A stretch of 64,000 nucleotides of DNA from Rhizodiscina lignyota (lineage: Eukaryota): positions 1-64,000 of the forward strand of contig ML978144.1 in the NCBI GenBank assembly GCA_010015805.1. Direction: 5' to 3'. Shown in pieces: positions 50,912 to 62,286 of the stretch. The notes under the pieces were generated by a model that did no database searches, had not been told where the DNA came from, and saw nothing but the letters and a program-made list of their open reading frames with translations. Position 1 is the stretch's first letter; every line of letters begins with the position of its first letter. A program made the position numbers and the translations under genes.

Positions 50912-53900
50912 ATGGCTGAACTGCTGGAACTTCCTGACCTGCAGAGTTGGCAGTTGGAGGACTTTCTGAGCGACGCTGCATTTGGCGCGGACAGCCTGAT
51001 TAATCAAGTCGAAACTCTTTCTCCTGAACATGATGTCTTCGAAGGCCTGCCTCAAGACCTGTTGGCCGATTTATGGACAAACAATGATGTCAACGCCGCT
51101 GTCGCCGAATCAACCATGAATCCGGATCACTCGATCGAAGCTCGACAGGAGACGAACCACCCTCACTCCGGTGACCAACTGCTGTCTATCGACCCTCAGA
51201 CTATCGCTACACTTCAGTACGATCCAATGGCAGTGGATGTTGACCGCTCAAGTGTGCGAAAATCAGCGCCGAAAGTCACTAGTGAAGTTCTTCTGTTTTC
51301 CCCGGACGACTATCCCTATTCCGCTCCCAGGAAGCGTACAGCACCTAAGTCCAGGCTTCCGGCTCAGGGAAAGAGCAGGCTTCCGGCTCAGGCAAAGGAT
51401 GTACTTCTCGCTTGGTACAATACTCACGATTATCCTTACCCGTCTAAACAAGATGTCGAGGACCTTGCGCGAGCCACAGACTTGTCTGCTAAACAAGTGC
51501 GGACGTTCTTCACTAATCAGAGAGTACGGAGCGCAAACCCAGGCGGCAAATCCAATCGCCAAGAAGACACAATGAAATTTGTGAGCTCTGTGGCGCCCTG
51601 CACTAAAAATGGACATCCAGATTTCGTGGAATCCTCTGTAGCGACACCAATCGACTCTTTGCAAGCCGCACGGTCGCCGGACCAAGGTCGAGCAACAACG
51701 TCGTCATACTTGGCGGAAAGTCCTCTGTTCTCACATACCGGAGTCGTTTTGAGGAATCCCGTGGGAAGCCTCTCTCCTTTCAGCCTTCAGTTTTCGGACA
51801 AGGCCGTCGCAGGGAGTATGCGGGGGACATCTGCTTCATCTAGTCCTGTGATTCTGTACAGCACTTCGTTTCAACTCGCCCACCAGGGACCGAGCTTGAC
51901 GAGAGAAAATCTCCGCTCCTTAATTGAAGCAGGCGCAAGTGCCAAAACTGGACGACAGCGGCTGAGCATCTCCCTTGAAAGGTTCCTTAACGAGCCGGAA
52001 CTGGCTGCAAACGATTTGGACATTCTGAAGGCGGCTCAGCAAATTGTAGAGGCCCAAAAGGAGACCTCGGACCTTTCGCCGATCGATAGCGCATCAATTA
52101 ATAGCATACCGATTCAAGCAGCTAAGGAAGGAAGACAACGAGAATATGTTTGCAGCAGATATCCGCCCTGCAACCTCAAGTTCATCAAAGCGGCAGATTG
52201 TTCGCGACACATAAGGTTTGGTTTCATCTTCTAGAGAGTTACGACTATCCAGCTTACAATAATATATAGGAAGGAGCATGAAGGAGGATGTTCTTTCCAG
52301 TGCCATTGTTCCAAGATATTTTCAAAGCTCGATGATCTCCGCGAGCATGCCATAACAGTGCATGCGAATGAAAATGTCCCCTGTAATTTCATTAGCGCAT
52401 ACGGCACTGCGGCTCTGCGTCAAGGAGAGACAGTTGGAATACATTCACAACTCGTGGGTCCTGATCAGACTCCGCGCCAAATCCTGACTCTCTCTCAATT
52501 CGAACGGCCGAGCTCAGTGGCATCCTTTTCTTCGAATCGCAGTTCAAGATTAAGGTATGTAGAGAAATTTCTTCTTTGGCGAGTATATCCCTGAAAGCTT
52601 GATTTTATGCCCTTCAGAGTATATGATAGTAGTATCTCCTGAAGACCATACACACTTTCATTAGTTGTAGATTCTTTACCTCACAGCCGTTTGGTGTTGC
52701 CATGGTGGGCTCCTTTGTCACCCTGGGCATTCCCTCAGTTGGCCTCAGCCAGTTCACACAAAGGGACATCCGCGATTCCGACAGTCCGGTCACGCCACGT
52801 GCGTACCTGACTGCCGGAAACGGAGGCAGCTCTAGAATTCGCTAAATTGCGCCAACATCAAACTGGTTGTATTTAGCGAAGAGGGGACTTTTCTGTTGAC
52901 GCGGTGGCGTATGTGCCATGGCACACCTCTATAGACGTTATGGACGCTCTTCGCCAATTTCCAACATTGCTTTTCTCAATTTCCTTCCTTCACTTGCTGA
53001 ATCTCCAACAGCGCTGCATCTGGATCGAGTATCAGTTCATCCCTGGCCTCTTCGTCGAGCGTGGTCTCGAGCACCAAATCTGGTAGCCGAAAGGGCAAAC
53101 GACGCTGGACGCGGATGCATAGCCTACGAGAAATACGAAGCGAATCATTATCGTCTGAGAAACGGAGGAAGGGGATATATCATTGCACATTCTGTCAGAA
53201 ACCATGCAGAGACCGCTATGACTGGACCCGCCATGAAATTACCCATGCCGAGCCTCAGGGCTGGGTATGCATGCTTGAAGATCAACCGACTCATGGTGGC
53301 AAATGTGCATTCTGCCCACTGCGTGCAGAGGACTTATCGGATTTGTTTATAGGAGCGGCAGCTCTTCCACGCGACATCTGTTCGGAGGCGCACCACAATA
53401 TCACTGCTTGTTTAGCAAAAACCCTCGTCCAGAGAACCTTTGGAAGGAAAGATCTACTGAAAGAACACATCAAACGGAGTCACTTACATGAGGATGCCCG
53501 AGACGACCCCAGGGTACAGGATCGATTGGATCAGGTTTTGCCTCATTGGGTTCGAGACAAGAAGAAAGAAGAGCTAGATCCCAATGCCCTCTGGTGCGGA
53601 TTCTGCGGCGTGTTATTCAACAATTGGATGGAAAGACAGGGTCATGTAGCCACTCATTTTTTGAATGGTTGCCGAATACATGAATGGAATCTACGGAACC
53701 CCCTCTCTCCAAGTTTACGGCAACAACACCGAAATAGCTCTACGCCAACCACTCCACTTGTATTGAGGCGACAGAGCGATAGTAGGGACCAATATGTCGA
53801 CTGCCTCATCCGTAAGTTTAACTCCCTGTTGAGCCGTCTGTTTCGTTCAGCTAAATCACTCCATTATCGAAGATTTTGCAACCCAAATGGTTTTGGCCAT

Positions 53901-54510
53901 CTGGCCTGACTCAAATACCATCACTGTTGAATACGCAAATGAAAGTGGAGACGTACGCACAGGTCTTCTGCGCACATTTATTCGAGTAACCCTCGAACTG
54001 TCGAAACCTACCTTTTCGACCTTTCTCACAGCGCTGTACTACCTCATCTTGGTAAATGTGCATGTCATACGAAGTGACAATCCCGCCATGGAGGAGCCGA
54101 AAGACAACGAACCAGACGACGACGAGGTTGGCTCTTTGCAAGCTGGGCCTGGAATGTTCATTACCGCGCTCATCTTGGCTTTCAAATATAACTGGGATAG
54201 CGACCCCGATCTGCACGGTCTCCAAGCGTGGAGTCGTAGTACTGGCCTCTCGATTCACGAAATCAAACTCAGGGAGAGAGCGTTTCTCCGCGCTATATCT
54301 TGGAAGCTTTTTATCCCAGAAGCCACCTTCCGGAAATGGCAAAACATCGTCCTGGGATGCACTTTGCCAATTCCGATACCGATACCGTCTTACGACTCGA
54401 AATTGAGAGTATTCATTGCGTCTCTTAACCCGAACCTCGAAGGCTACCAAGGTCCCTTGCTGAAGGATACCGCGGTCGAAGACGCTGTTAGTTTGCTTCG
54501 ACTCACGTAG
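50912..54510 (+). CDS. TALE-type homeodomain + C2H2 zinc-finger protein fused to a C-terminal Pcl/Clg1-like cyclin domain
   Basis: Homeodomain with PYP at ~51371-51530; C2H2-type motifs (CSRYPPC...H, CHCSK...H, CTFC...RHEITH, FGRKDLLKEHIKRSH, WCGFC...HVATHF); cyclin box LRTFIRVTL...ALYYL...MFITALILAFKY..D...AWSRSTGLSIHEIKLRERAFLRAISWKL; introns 52216-52269, 52555-53011 (possibly with internal exons) and 53812-53872 keep one frame (3027 nt). Confidence 0.72.
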
Positions 54511-54830
54511 CGGTACGGAGCATTCGGCGATCGATCTACCAGGCTGTGAATTTGATTCACTGTCTCTCTTTCGCTGCGAGTGCCTTTTATGCAAGGGAGA
54601 TTGAATATCGATTCTGTATATGCGAAGAATGTGAATACATCCTCAAGAATTTACGGATTCTCCGACAAGATATGGGCAAAACCAAATTCAGATGATATCG
54701 CAACTGCGATTCAATCCCATCCCAACAAGTTGGGACCCGAAGAACGGCGTCAAGGGCATTCAATGTCTGTGGAAGCGATGGAAAATCTGGATCTATGGAG
54801 TATCTTCTATGTTGACACATCTAAAGACTC

Positions 54831-56358
54831 TTAGCTTCTTACCAGATTCCTGTGCCTCTCCAAGAACGATTCCACAGCCGCAACAAACCTGTCCAACTCC
54901 TCTTGCGGCGTCCCCAGAATCATCGCTATCGTCCCCCTCCGAGAAATCCAATACCCCTCCTCCATCATCTCAAGCCAGAACAAATCCTTCAACTCCCAGT
55001 CTTCTTTGATGACTTCAACGCACGTGACATCGCTCTCCTTCATCTCTCCATCGGCGGAAAAATGCACCGCCATAATCGTCCCCTTACCGCTGAAGCAGCA
55101 GTTCGTCCCCTCGCATGCCTTGTTCAGCTTCTCCCGGAACGCATCGCCGTTTTTGCTGAACTCTTCGCATACTTCGGGCTTGTATACATCGTGCAGTCCT
55201 GCGTATCCGGCGTGCATCGCCAGGGTATTGTTGTTGAATGTGCCTGAATGCGCCAAGGACCCCGGCTGGCGCGGGTCGTATACGGACATGACCTCTGTGC
55301 TGCCACCGAACGCGCCAAACGCCAGTCCGCCGCCGAGATATTTGCCAAAAGTTGTGAGGTCGGGAGTGAGAGAGAGGAGAGATTGGAGGCCGCCGGGAGC
55401 GAGACGGGAGGTCATGACTTCATCAAGCATGAAAAGCGCACCGATCTGGTTGGAACACGTCAGTATGTAACAGCATAAATGGGCCTCAGAAGGAACAGCG
55501 GTGCGGACCATACCTTATGCGCACTCTCCTGGCACTGAGCCAAAAACTCTTTCGTCCCAATGATACACCCACCGGCTCCCTGCATCCCCTCCACCAACAC
55601 AGCTGCCAGTTGTCCCTCCAAACCCTCAATCAACTCTTTCGCTCCCGCGACGTCATTGTATCGTCCCAAGACCCAGTCGTCTAGATCAACGTTGTTCTCC
55701 GCCGGCTGCCCGGATCCAAAACTCAGCACTGCGCCGTGATAGCCCCCGGAAAATACCACCACCTTCCTCTTGCCTGTGTATTTGCGTGCGCCTGCCAGCG
55801 CATGGAGATTCGCTTCTGTGCCCGAGTTGCAAAAGCGCACGCGGCCGAGGTTGAAGCGGCTGCGCATAAGCGATGCAAAGCGAGACTCGGCAGCGGTGGT
55901 GGCTCCGAGGTTGAGCCCGATAGTGGAGATTGTGTTGGTGAGGGACGAGAGGATGTTTGGGTTCGAATGGCCGTAGAGGCCGGCGGTTAATTCACCTACG
56001 AAGTCGGTGTAGCTGTGGATTGCAAATAGTGATCAGCATTAGGTATGCAAGAGTAGAACATTTTTGGTTTGACGTACGTATGGTCGTCTTCATCGGTAAC
56101 TTGATGGCCTTTCCCACTCTTCATGCTCAGTGGAAATGGCGTGGTGTAGAGCAGCGTTCGAGTATTGCCGCCAGGAAGGTTGTTGACTGCTTCTTCGTGC
56201 AATCGCAGAGAGTTTGGGTTGCGCTTTGTAAATTGAGCTTTAGCATCATCTAAAGCAGCCTGTAAATCGGCTGGGTAGCTCTTTAAGTTGAGTTTGTCTT
56301 TGATTGTATCGGTGACAGGAGCTATGGTGGGGTTCTGGACGAGTACTGCGGGCGCCAT
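54831..56358 (-). CDS. Class-III PLP aminotransferase (glutamate-1-semialdehyde aminomutase-like)
   Basis: LPGGNTRT, RFCNSGTEAN, GGYHG, LDEVMTSR, PDLTTFGKYLGGG, HSGTFNNN; introns 56013-56077 and 55446-55513. Confidence 0.92.
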
Positions 56359-56811
56359 TGTCAGTGCTGCGCGGTGATGAATCTAAAAATGATGAGTTCA
56401 AGTAGTCGTCCTCAGGTGGAAGTTTATTGGAATAGCAATTTATTTGTCAAAGGGCGTGCTCTTAAGTATTGTGTTGTCATGTTATCTCGGCATGCCGAAG
56501 ACGGAGTTGCATAGTTGCGGGACGTATCAACTCCCATTGGCTCGTGGATCGATTCACCAAATGTAGCGGTTCGAGCTCCGAAGATTGTTGGTCTCGGTGT
56601 CTCGGTAGCACGAAATCTGCAAATGGTTCCTATTCTGGTTAATGCTCAATCCTTTATATATGAAGACTGCAATGACTGGTTAAAAGATGTTTAACACAAT
56701 ATGACGGATCGATTTTTGAATGTTTAATGTTCTTCCATTCGCAATACTGGGTCGAGTATCTATGCATCTGATGCTGTTATGTACAATGGCGAGTGCTCGC
56801 TGTGCTGTCGA

Positions 56812-57623
56812 TCATGCTTGTGCTCGAGATTTCGCAACTGGTGTCCAGGGGAAATACTTGTTCTTCGTTCTAAGAGGCGGTCAGCGCTAATGGACGAATA
56901 GTGTTGAAAAGAATATCATGACGAAATCCAACGTACGTGCTGTATGTCTTGAACGCTGACCGGCCCAATGTCAATGTTGGTCTATGTTCCACCGGCTCCC
57001 ACTCTCGTTGTCTTCGTTGCAAGACTGGGTCTTCGGTCGGAGGCTTGTCGACGGCGTAGGACATCCACAGATGCCTAATGAGAGGTTAGGGATACATCAA
57101 GAGCATGACAGAGAAGTGCATATACCAGCCGGGCTCGATTTGCGACCTTACAGGCGCCTGTCAGTCTTATGTCTTCTCAAGAGCGTCCAACTGGGACTCA
57201 CGGATCATATTCTTTTTGCTTGTAATCGACCCATCTTGTCCTCACTATTGGTGCTCAGCATTTACTCGTCAGGAAGTATATTTGAAGCGTACATGGAAGC
57301 TCTTCTTGCAAGTTCTCGTAGTATTTGTTGCCGTAGCGGTCGATGCCAATCAGTGTGCCGGCCTTCGTGTCGCCTGCGCGAAAGTCAGCGCCAGTAGGGA
57401 GGAAGCTAGTGACGTGTTCATACCGATATACTATTCCACGATTAGCAATTCAGCTCTTCAGCGACTCTCAAGTCTTCTGCCTTCGCAAGACGTACCTGCA
57501 TTTGATGTGCCGCATCCTAGAAACGCTCTCGGTCAGCCATTGCCACGCGACCGTCTCGTCAAAGACACTCACCCTTATGCCAACCCGCCAAAGATTCCGG
57601 AATGTTCGCGTGATGGTCGACAT
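56812..57623 (-). CDS. NDUFA12: Mitochondrial complex I subunit NDUFA12 (B17.2/N7BM), 8 exons, 139 aa
   Basis: Spliced sequence MSTITRTFRNLWRVGIR-DAAHQMQ-YIG-DTKAGTLIGIDRYGNKYYEN...RTRWVDY...QIEPGWHLWMSY.VDKPPT...YFPWTP; exons total 420 nt. Confidence 0.92.
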
Positions 57624-57835
57624 GGCGCCGATTCGAGTTGCTGCACCGTGAATTGCGTCGGAGAAGCTGTCGATGATGGCCTTGTTAGACACCGGACATG
57701 CCAAGCGTCTTGCCCGTTACGGACTAGCGCTATATCAGAAATAACCCCTGCGAACGAACCATCTCATCTCTGGCAATCCGCAGTATTCGACGACGAGATG
57801 AGTATATCCGTCGCTAGATAGCATCGGCGCATGCA
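57624..57835. promoter_or_regulatory. Short bidirectional promoter between NDUFA12 and PGS1
   Basis: Divergent start codons about 210 bp apart. Confidence 0.6.
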
Positions 57836-59646
57836 ATGTTTTCAAGACTCGCTGTTCGATGTGCGAGGCCTCGAAAGATCCCAAGATGTGCTCAATGCAG
57901 ACAAATGCCGCTGAGACGCTTTTCAGCGTCAAGCGTGCCATCCGTTCCTCCACCGTCATCACTTTCTATATTCGGTGGTCTCATGACCGAACTTGACAAA
58001 ATATCCCCAAGGTTTAATATACCTGCATCTCAAATAGAGATACTACGTGGTCCAGTCGAATTCTATGATACTTTGAAGGCATGTATAAGACCCACCAGCC
58101 ACCCAGCCACAGCGAAGTATACGGGCCGTTTCATGAGTTATTCTGATTGTGAAGAAGTAGAGCAAGATTTCAAATGCCAAGCGGAGAATCTATCTCTCCA
58201 CCCTTTATATTGGGAAGGCCGAACACGAATTGGTAAGTGCTCCTCTCCTCGCATGCACTTGTTCTGACGGATGGATAGATTGATACCATCAAAGAAGCTC
58301 TCCGCAAGAATCCAGAACTGCAGGTGTCCATTCTTACTGACGCTCTTCGTGGGACTCGCGAGACGCCGAAGCCATCATGCGCGTCTTTGTTGGCATCTCT
58401 GGTCGAAGAATTCGGTGAAAACAGGGTCGAGATCCGGATGTTCCACACGCCAAATCTAACTGGTCTCCGTAAGCGGATTGTTCCACGTCGGATCAATGAG
58501 GGCTGGGGCTTGCAACATATGAAGCTCTATGGAATTGACGACGAACTTATCCTGTCCGGCGCCAATTTGTCAAACGATTACTTCACCAATCGGCAGGATA
58601 GATATCACGTTTTTTCATCGAAAGACATTACGGAGTACTTCCATCGTATTTACACTGGAGTGACGAGCATCAGCTATTCAGTATTGCCCGATAAAGATTC
58701 AGAAGCTGGGTATACGATGACCTGGCCAGAGACGAATGGCTGCCCTTCGCCGTTGGACGATCCCAAGAGTTACAGAGTTCAGGCTTCCAGAGTTCTTAAG
58801 CCACTCATAGAGCCGCCATCTTCTGCGCCAGGACAAATTGTCGGAGACACAGTTGTGTACCCACTTCTTCAGTTCACTCCACTACTCAAACCTGAGGACA
58901 CAAGCACTGAACTACCAGCCATTCTCACAATCTTGCGCGCCCTCAACCCTAGCAGCAACGAGTTGAAAAGTGCAAGCGACTCGTCGCACACCTCACTCGC
59001 GACAACACCACCATTACAAAATGCATCATGGACGTTCACAGCGGGATATTTCAACACACCCCCATTTCTTCGCGACCTGCTCCTCTCCACCAATCCATCT
59101 CACGGAACCGTAATAGCAGCATCTCCATGGGCGAACGGCTTTTACGGCAGCAAAGGTGTCAGTGGGATGTTGCCAGCGGCGTATACATTGCTTGGCAAGC
59201 ACTTTCTTAACGCCATTCAGAAACAAGGTCTGGATGACCGAGTCAAGCTGATGGAATGGCGGCGAGGGACCGTTGGTGAACCACAGGGCTGGACGTATCA
59301 TGCAAAGGGCTTCTGGGTGACATTAGCCGGAGAAGATTCGTCCGAGCTGGCCACCTCCTTCCAGCCAGAGAAAGACGTATCTGCTGAGGAGCGCAAGGGC
59401 CCCAGTCTTACAATCGTCGGCTCTTCAAATTACACGAAACGCAGCTATGAGCTGGACCTGGAGGCAAATGCGTGCATTCTGACACGTAATCCGGATTTGA
59501 TGAGGAGGCTTTCCGAGGAAGAGAAATGGTTACAAGAGTATGCGAAGGTCGTGGATAAGAAGGAGTTTGAGATGATTGAGAGAAGAGTTGGATTGCATGT
59601 TCGGATCGCCATGGGTATTGTAACTCTACTTGGAGGCGCATTGTAA
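57836..59646 (+). CDS. PGS1: CDP-diacylglycerol--glycerol-3-phosphate 3-phosphatidyltransferase (PLD superfamily)
   Basis: Mitochondrial-type presequence, RRIYLSTLYIG, GLQHMKLYGIDD...SGANLSNDYFTNRQDRY, GWTYHAKG, GSSNYTKRS; introns 58079-58160 (GC-AG) and 58233-58278. Confidence 0.95.
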
Positions 59647-59802
59647 GATTGTGTTGCCGCTGCGGAGTGAGTGCATGTTTCTTCTATGTACAAAAGAAAA
59701 ACCTCCTGCGATGGCCTTTGTACAGTTGTACTGGCGTAGACTACTCCGTATATTCTGCTTTTAGTCTACCTATCTGATCTGATAGGTCAATTGCTCTATC
59801 AT

Positions 59803-61236
59803 TTAGAATCTCTTTGGACTTCTTTGTCTCTTCCGGACTTTGTGGGCATCCTCTGGTGTCACATCATTCTTCCTATAGTCTTTCCCTTCGCAGAGGCAGT
59901 CTCGGTACTGCTTGTATTCTGACAATTCTCCCTTCTTGGGCTGCTGGACAGCGTGAAAGACAATCAATCCCTCGTCAGCGCAATCTGGTCCGAGAAATGA
60001 CGCCTTTCTCTCTAACAAGGCCGCGATTGTGTCTCTGGTTTTGATCGTTGTGCCGCAGAAAGTCATCCAACTCCAGCGATATCGGTGTAGATAGGCGTTC
60101 AGGACAGCCTTGAACGTCTGCCTCTGTGCCATTCTCCGTCAGTTCTGAAGTAGAAAGTACTGTTTGGCACGGATCATCTCTCACCTTGTGTATGGTGACC
60201 AGCATCTCAGCACAACGCATTGGTTGCGTATAGAGTGTTGGGGAATTCCGATCGTCGAGATACACCGCTACGAGAATCCAGTTATGTCGCCGATGCCACT
60301 CAAGCTGTGTGCTGAACCGATGAGCGACTTCGGCATGGATTCGCCTGGGAGTGAAGTCAGTCGTCCATTCCCATCATTAGATATGCTGCTAATGTCTCTT
60401 TACCTGAAGGTCTTGATATAATCTGGTCGGAGTTGAATCGATGTATCGTTTGATCGATTAGATATGACCTCACAGAAGAAGTTGCAGTCCTCGCTCTTAG
60501 AGCGGCAATACTCAACAGCCGTGTCGACCAAAAGATAGGTGTCGCCGAATACTCGCGACTCAGCAGCTTCTCTGAATACTCTCGTCAACGCTTTGGTGAA
60601 TGTGAATTCGCCGTCGGCTGGTGTCGTGCCATTCGTAGCTGCACCCAGCAAATATATTGCACGGCCGGCAAACTCCTTAGGGTTGTTTCGTTTAAGTTCG
60701 CGTAAGTCTCTTCGTGCTTCACCTACGCAGCAAGTATCAAGCACGAGAAGGAGATCCCCAGTTGAATCGAACAGCAGCGGATGAATGAGTTCTTGGATGC
60801 TAAGCCATAACCACTCGCCGTTTGCCAGTGGACTAAAGTATATTAGTGCCCCGTTGTGCCTCGGAAATACTGCGATTATAACGAACCTAGAGATAATGAA
60901 GTCGTCGTCGCCTTCACTATCTCCGTGACCGCTAAAATGTAAGATGATCAACTTATGTGGATCACCGTGTTCTCGCGCCAGGAGGCCGACTCGACCAGCC
61001 AATCCCGCTTTGCACTCCACGAGCGTTGTCAACGGGATCCGATACTTGGAGAATCCGTATATGTATCGGTTTGACAGTATATCTTTCATCCTGTCAATCT
61101 CATTTTCCCACTCCTCTTTGAACTCCTCGTCGGTCAGAGTCAGCGCCAGGCAGTGTACTCCAGTATAAATGTGCGCGGGTACATTCGTGAAGGCGTGCTG
61201 TGGTAAGCGCAGCGCGAAGGATCGCGGACGTGACAT
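59803..61236 (-). CDS. Caspase-like (CD clan) His/Cys domain protein with C-terminal SUMO/ubiquitin-like domain, ~419 aa
   Basis: LIILHFSGHG and LLLVLDTCC motifs, LLGAA...FTKAL; introns 60833-60886, 60345-60403 and 60124-60184 join three ORFs into 1260 nt. Confidence 0.7.
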
Positions 61237-62286
61237 CGCCAGTATTTGTAGGAGAGATCAAAGAAAAGAAGGTTGAAGGACGCGTGTTAGGATGTTGTCT
61301 CTGAAAGAAACGACTTGTTAGTGCGAAGATTTAAGAGCGCGGCGAGAAGTAGACGGCGTTTGCCGAGCAAGTGAAGTGGTTGGAGTTGAAACTGTAGGCA
61401 CTTACGAGATTATCTGGCAAGGAAGTTAAGGAAATCAGTCGAGTAAAGCCAGACAATTGAAGTATTCAGTACGAATGTGAGGGTCGCAAGATCTCTCATC
61501 TGCATTCCAATCTGACCCGGAGGCTCGTTTGCTTTGCATTCATTTTCCGCAGCTTGAATCATTTTCGGCGCGGCATCGCAGCACTTACGACCTTTGCCTC
61601 TATGATGCCTAGCCATTCCGTGATCAACAGATCTACTGATCGAGTATAACAAATGCAATGCGAAGCCCTTGTTAGAATCTGTCTATGGAACACCTTCGCA
61701 CTGAAGCAACGCTAGGCATACATCGTGAGTTAGATCTCTGCCGCAAAGAGTTAAGAGACTAACATTTTGTTTGCTTGCATCCTCGACAAGCCATAACGGC
61801 AGCATTTATAGCCCTCGTGAGTGGTAGAGGCCACCCATACCTTGGGATTTTCTCCTTCTTTAGCACAGTATCTGCATTTCAAGACTAAGTCTGGCCATAC
61901 TGAGCAATTTGCAAAATAATGTGACCTGACGACTTATCGACGTGCCATTCTGAGTCGCTGCAGAAGGATGACATATCAGCATACATGTTAGTATTGAAAA
62001 TACAAGTATTCTATCAAATTGCTCTATTAGCGGAGAGCTGAAATGCGAATCTAGATATTCCCAATTTGGAAGGAGATTGTCTCTCGAATGAGGTCATCGG
62101 AGACGAGAGAACCTATCAACTGCGAGCTCCTCCAACGCCGATAGTAGCGCTTACGCTGGGAGTACCTTGTAAGATACCGACACTGCTAACGAGAAAGTTT
62201 GTCCGAGTTATTGTCATTTAAATAAGAGTTGAACTTGTCGACAATGGCAACTTCCAAGAAACAAATATTTGCAAGTCCCTTTCAAA

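Noticed and set aside
23720..54510. STE3 receptor plus homeodomain gene as a basidiomycete-style mating-type locus
   Set aside because: The genes are ~26 kb apart, the organism looks ascomycete, the homeodomain is a TALE/C2H2 type, and I found no CAAX pheromone precursor or alpha-box/HMG gene
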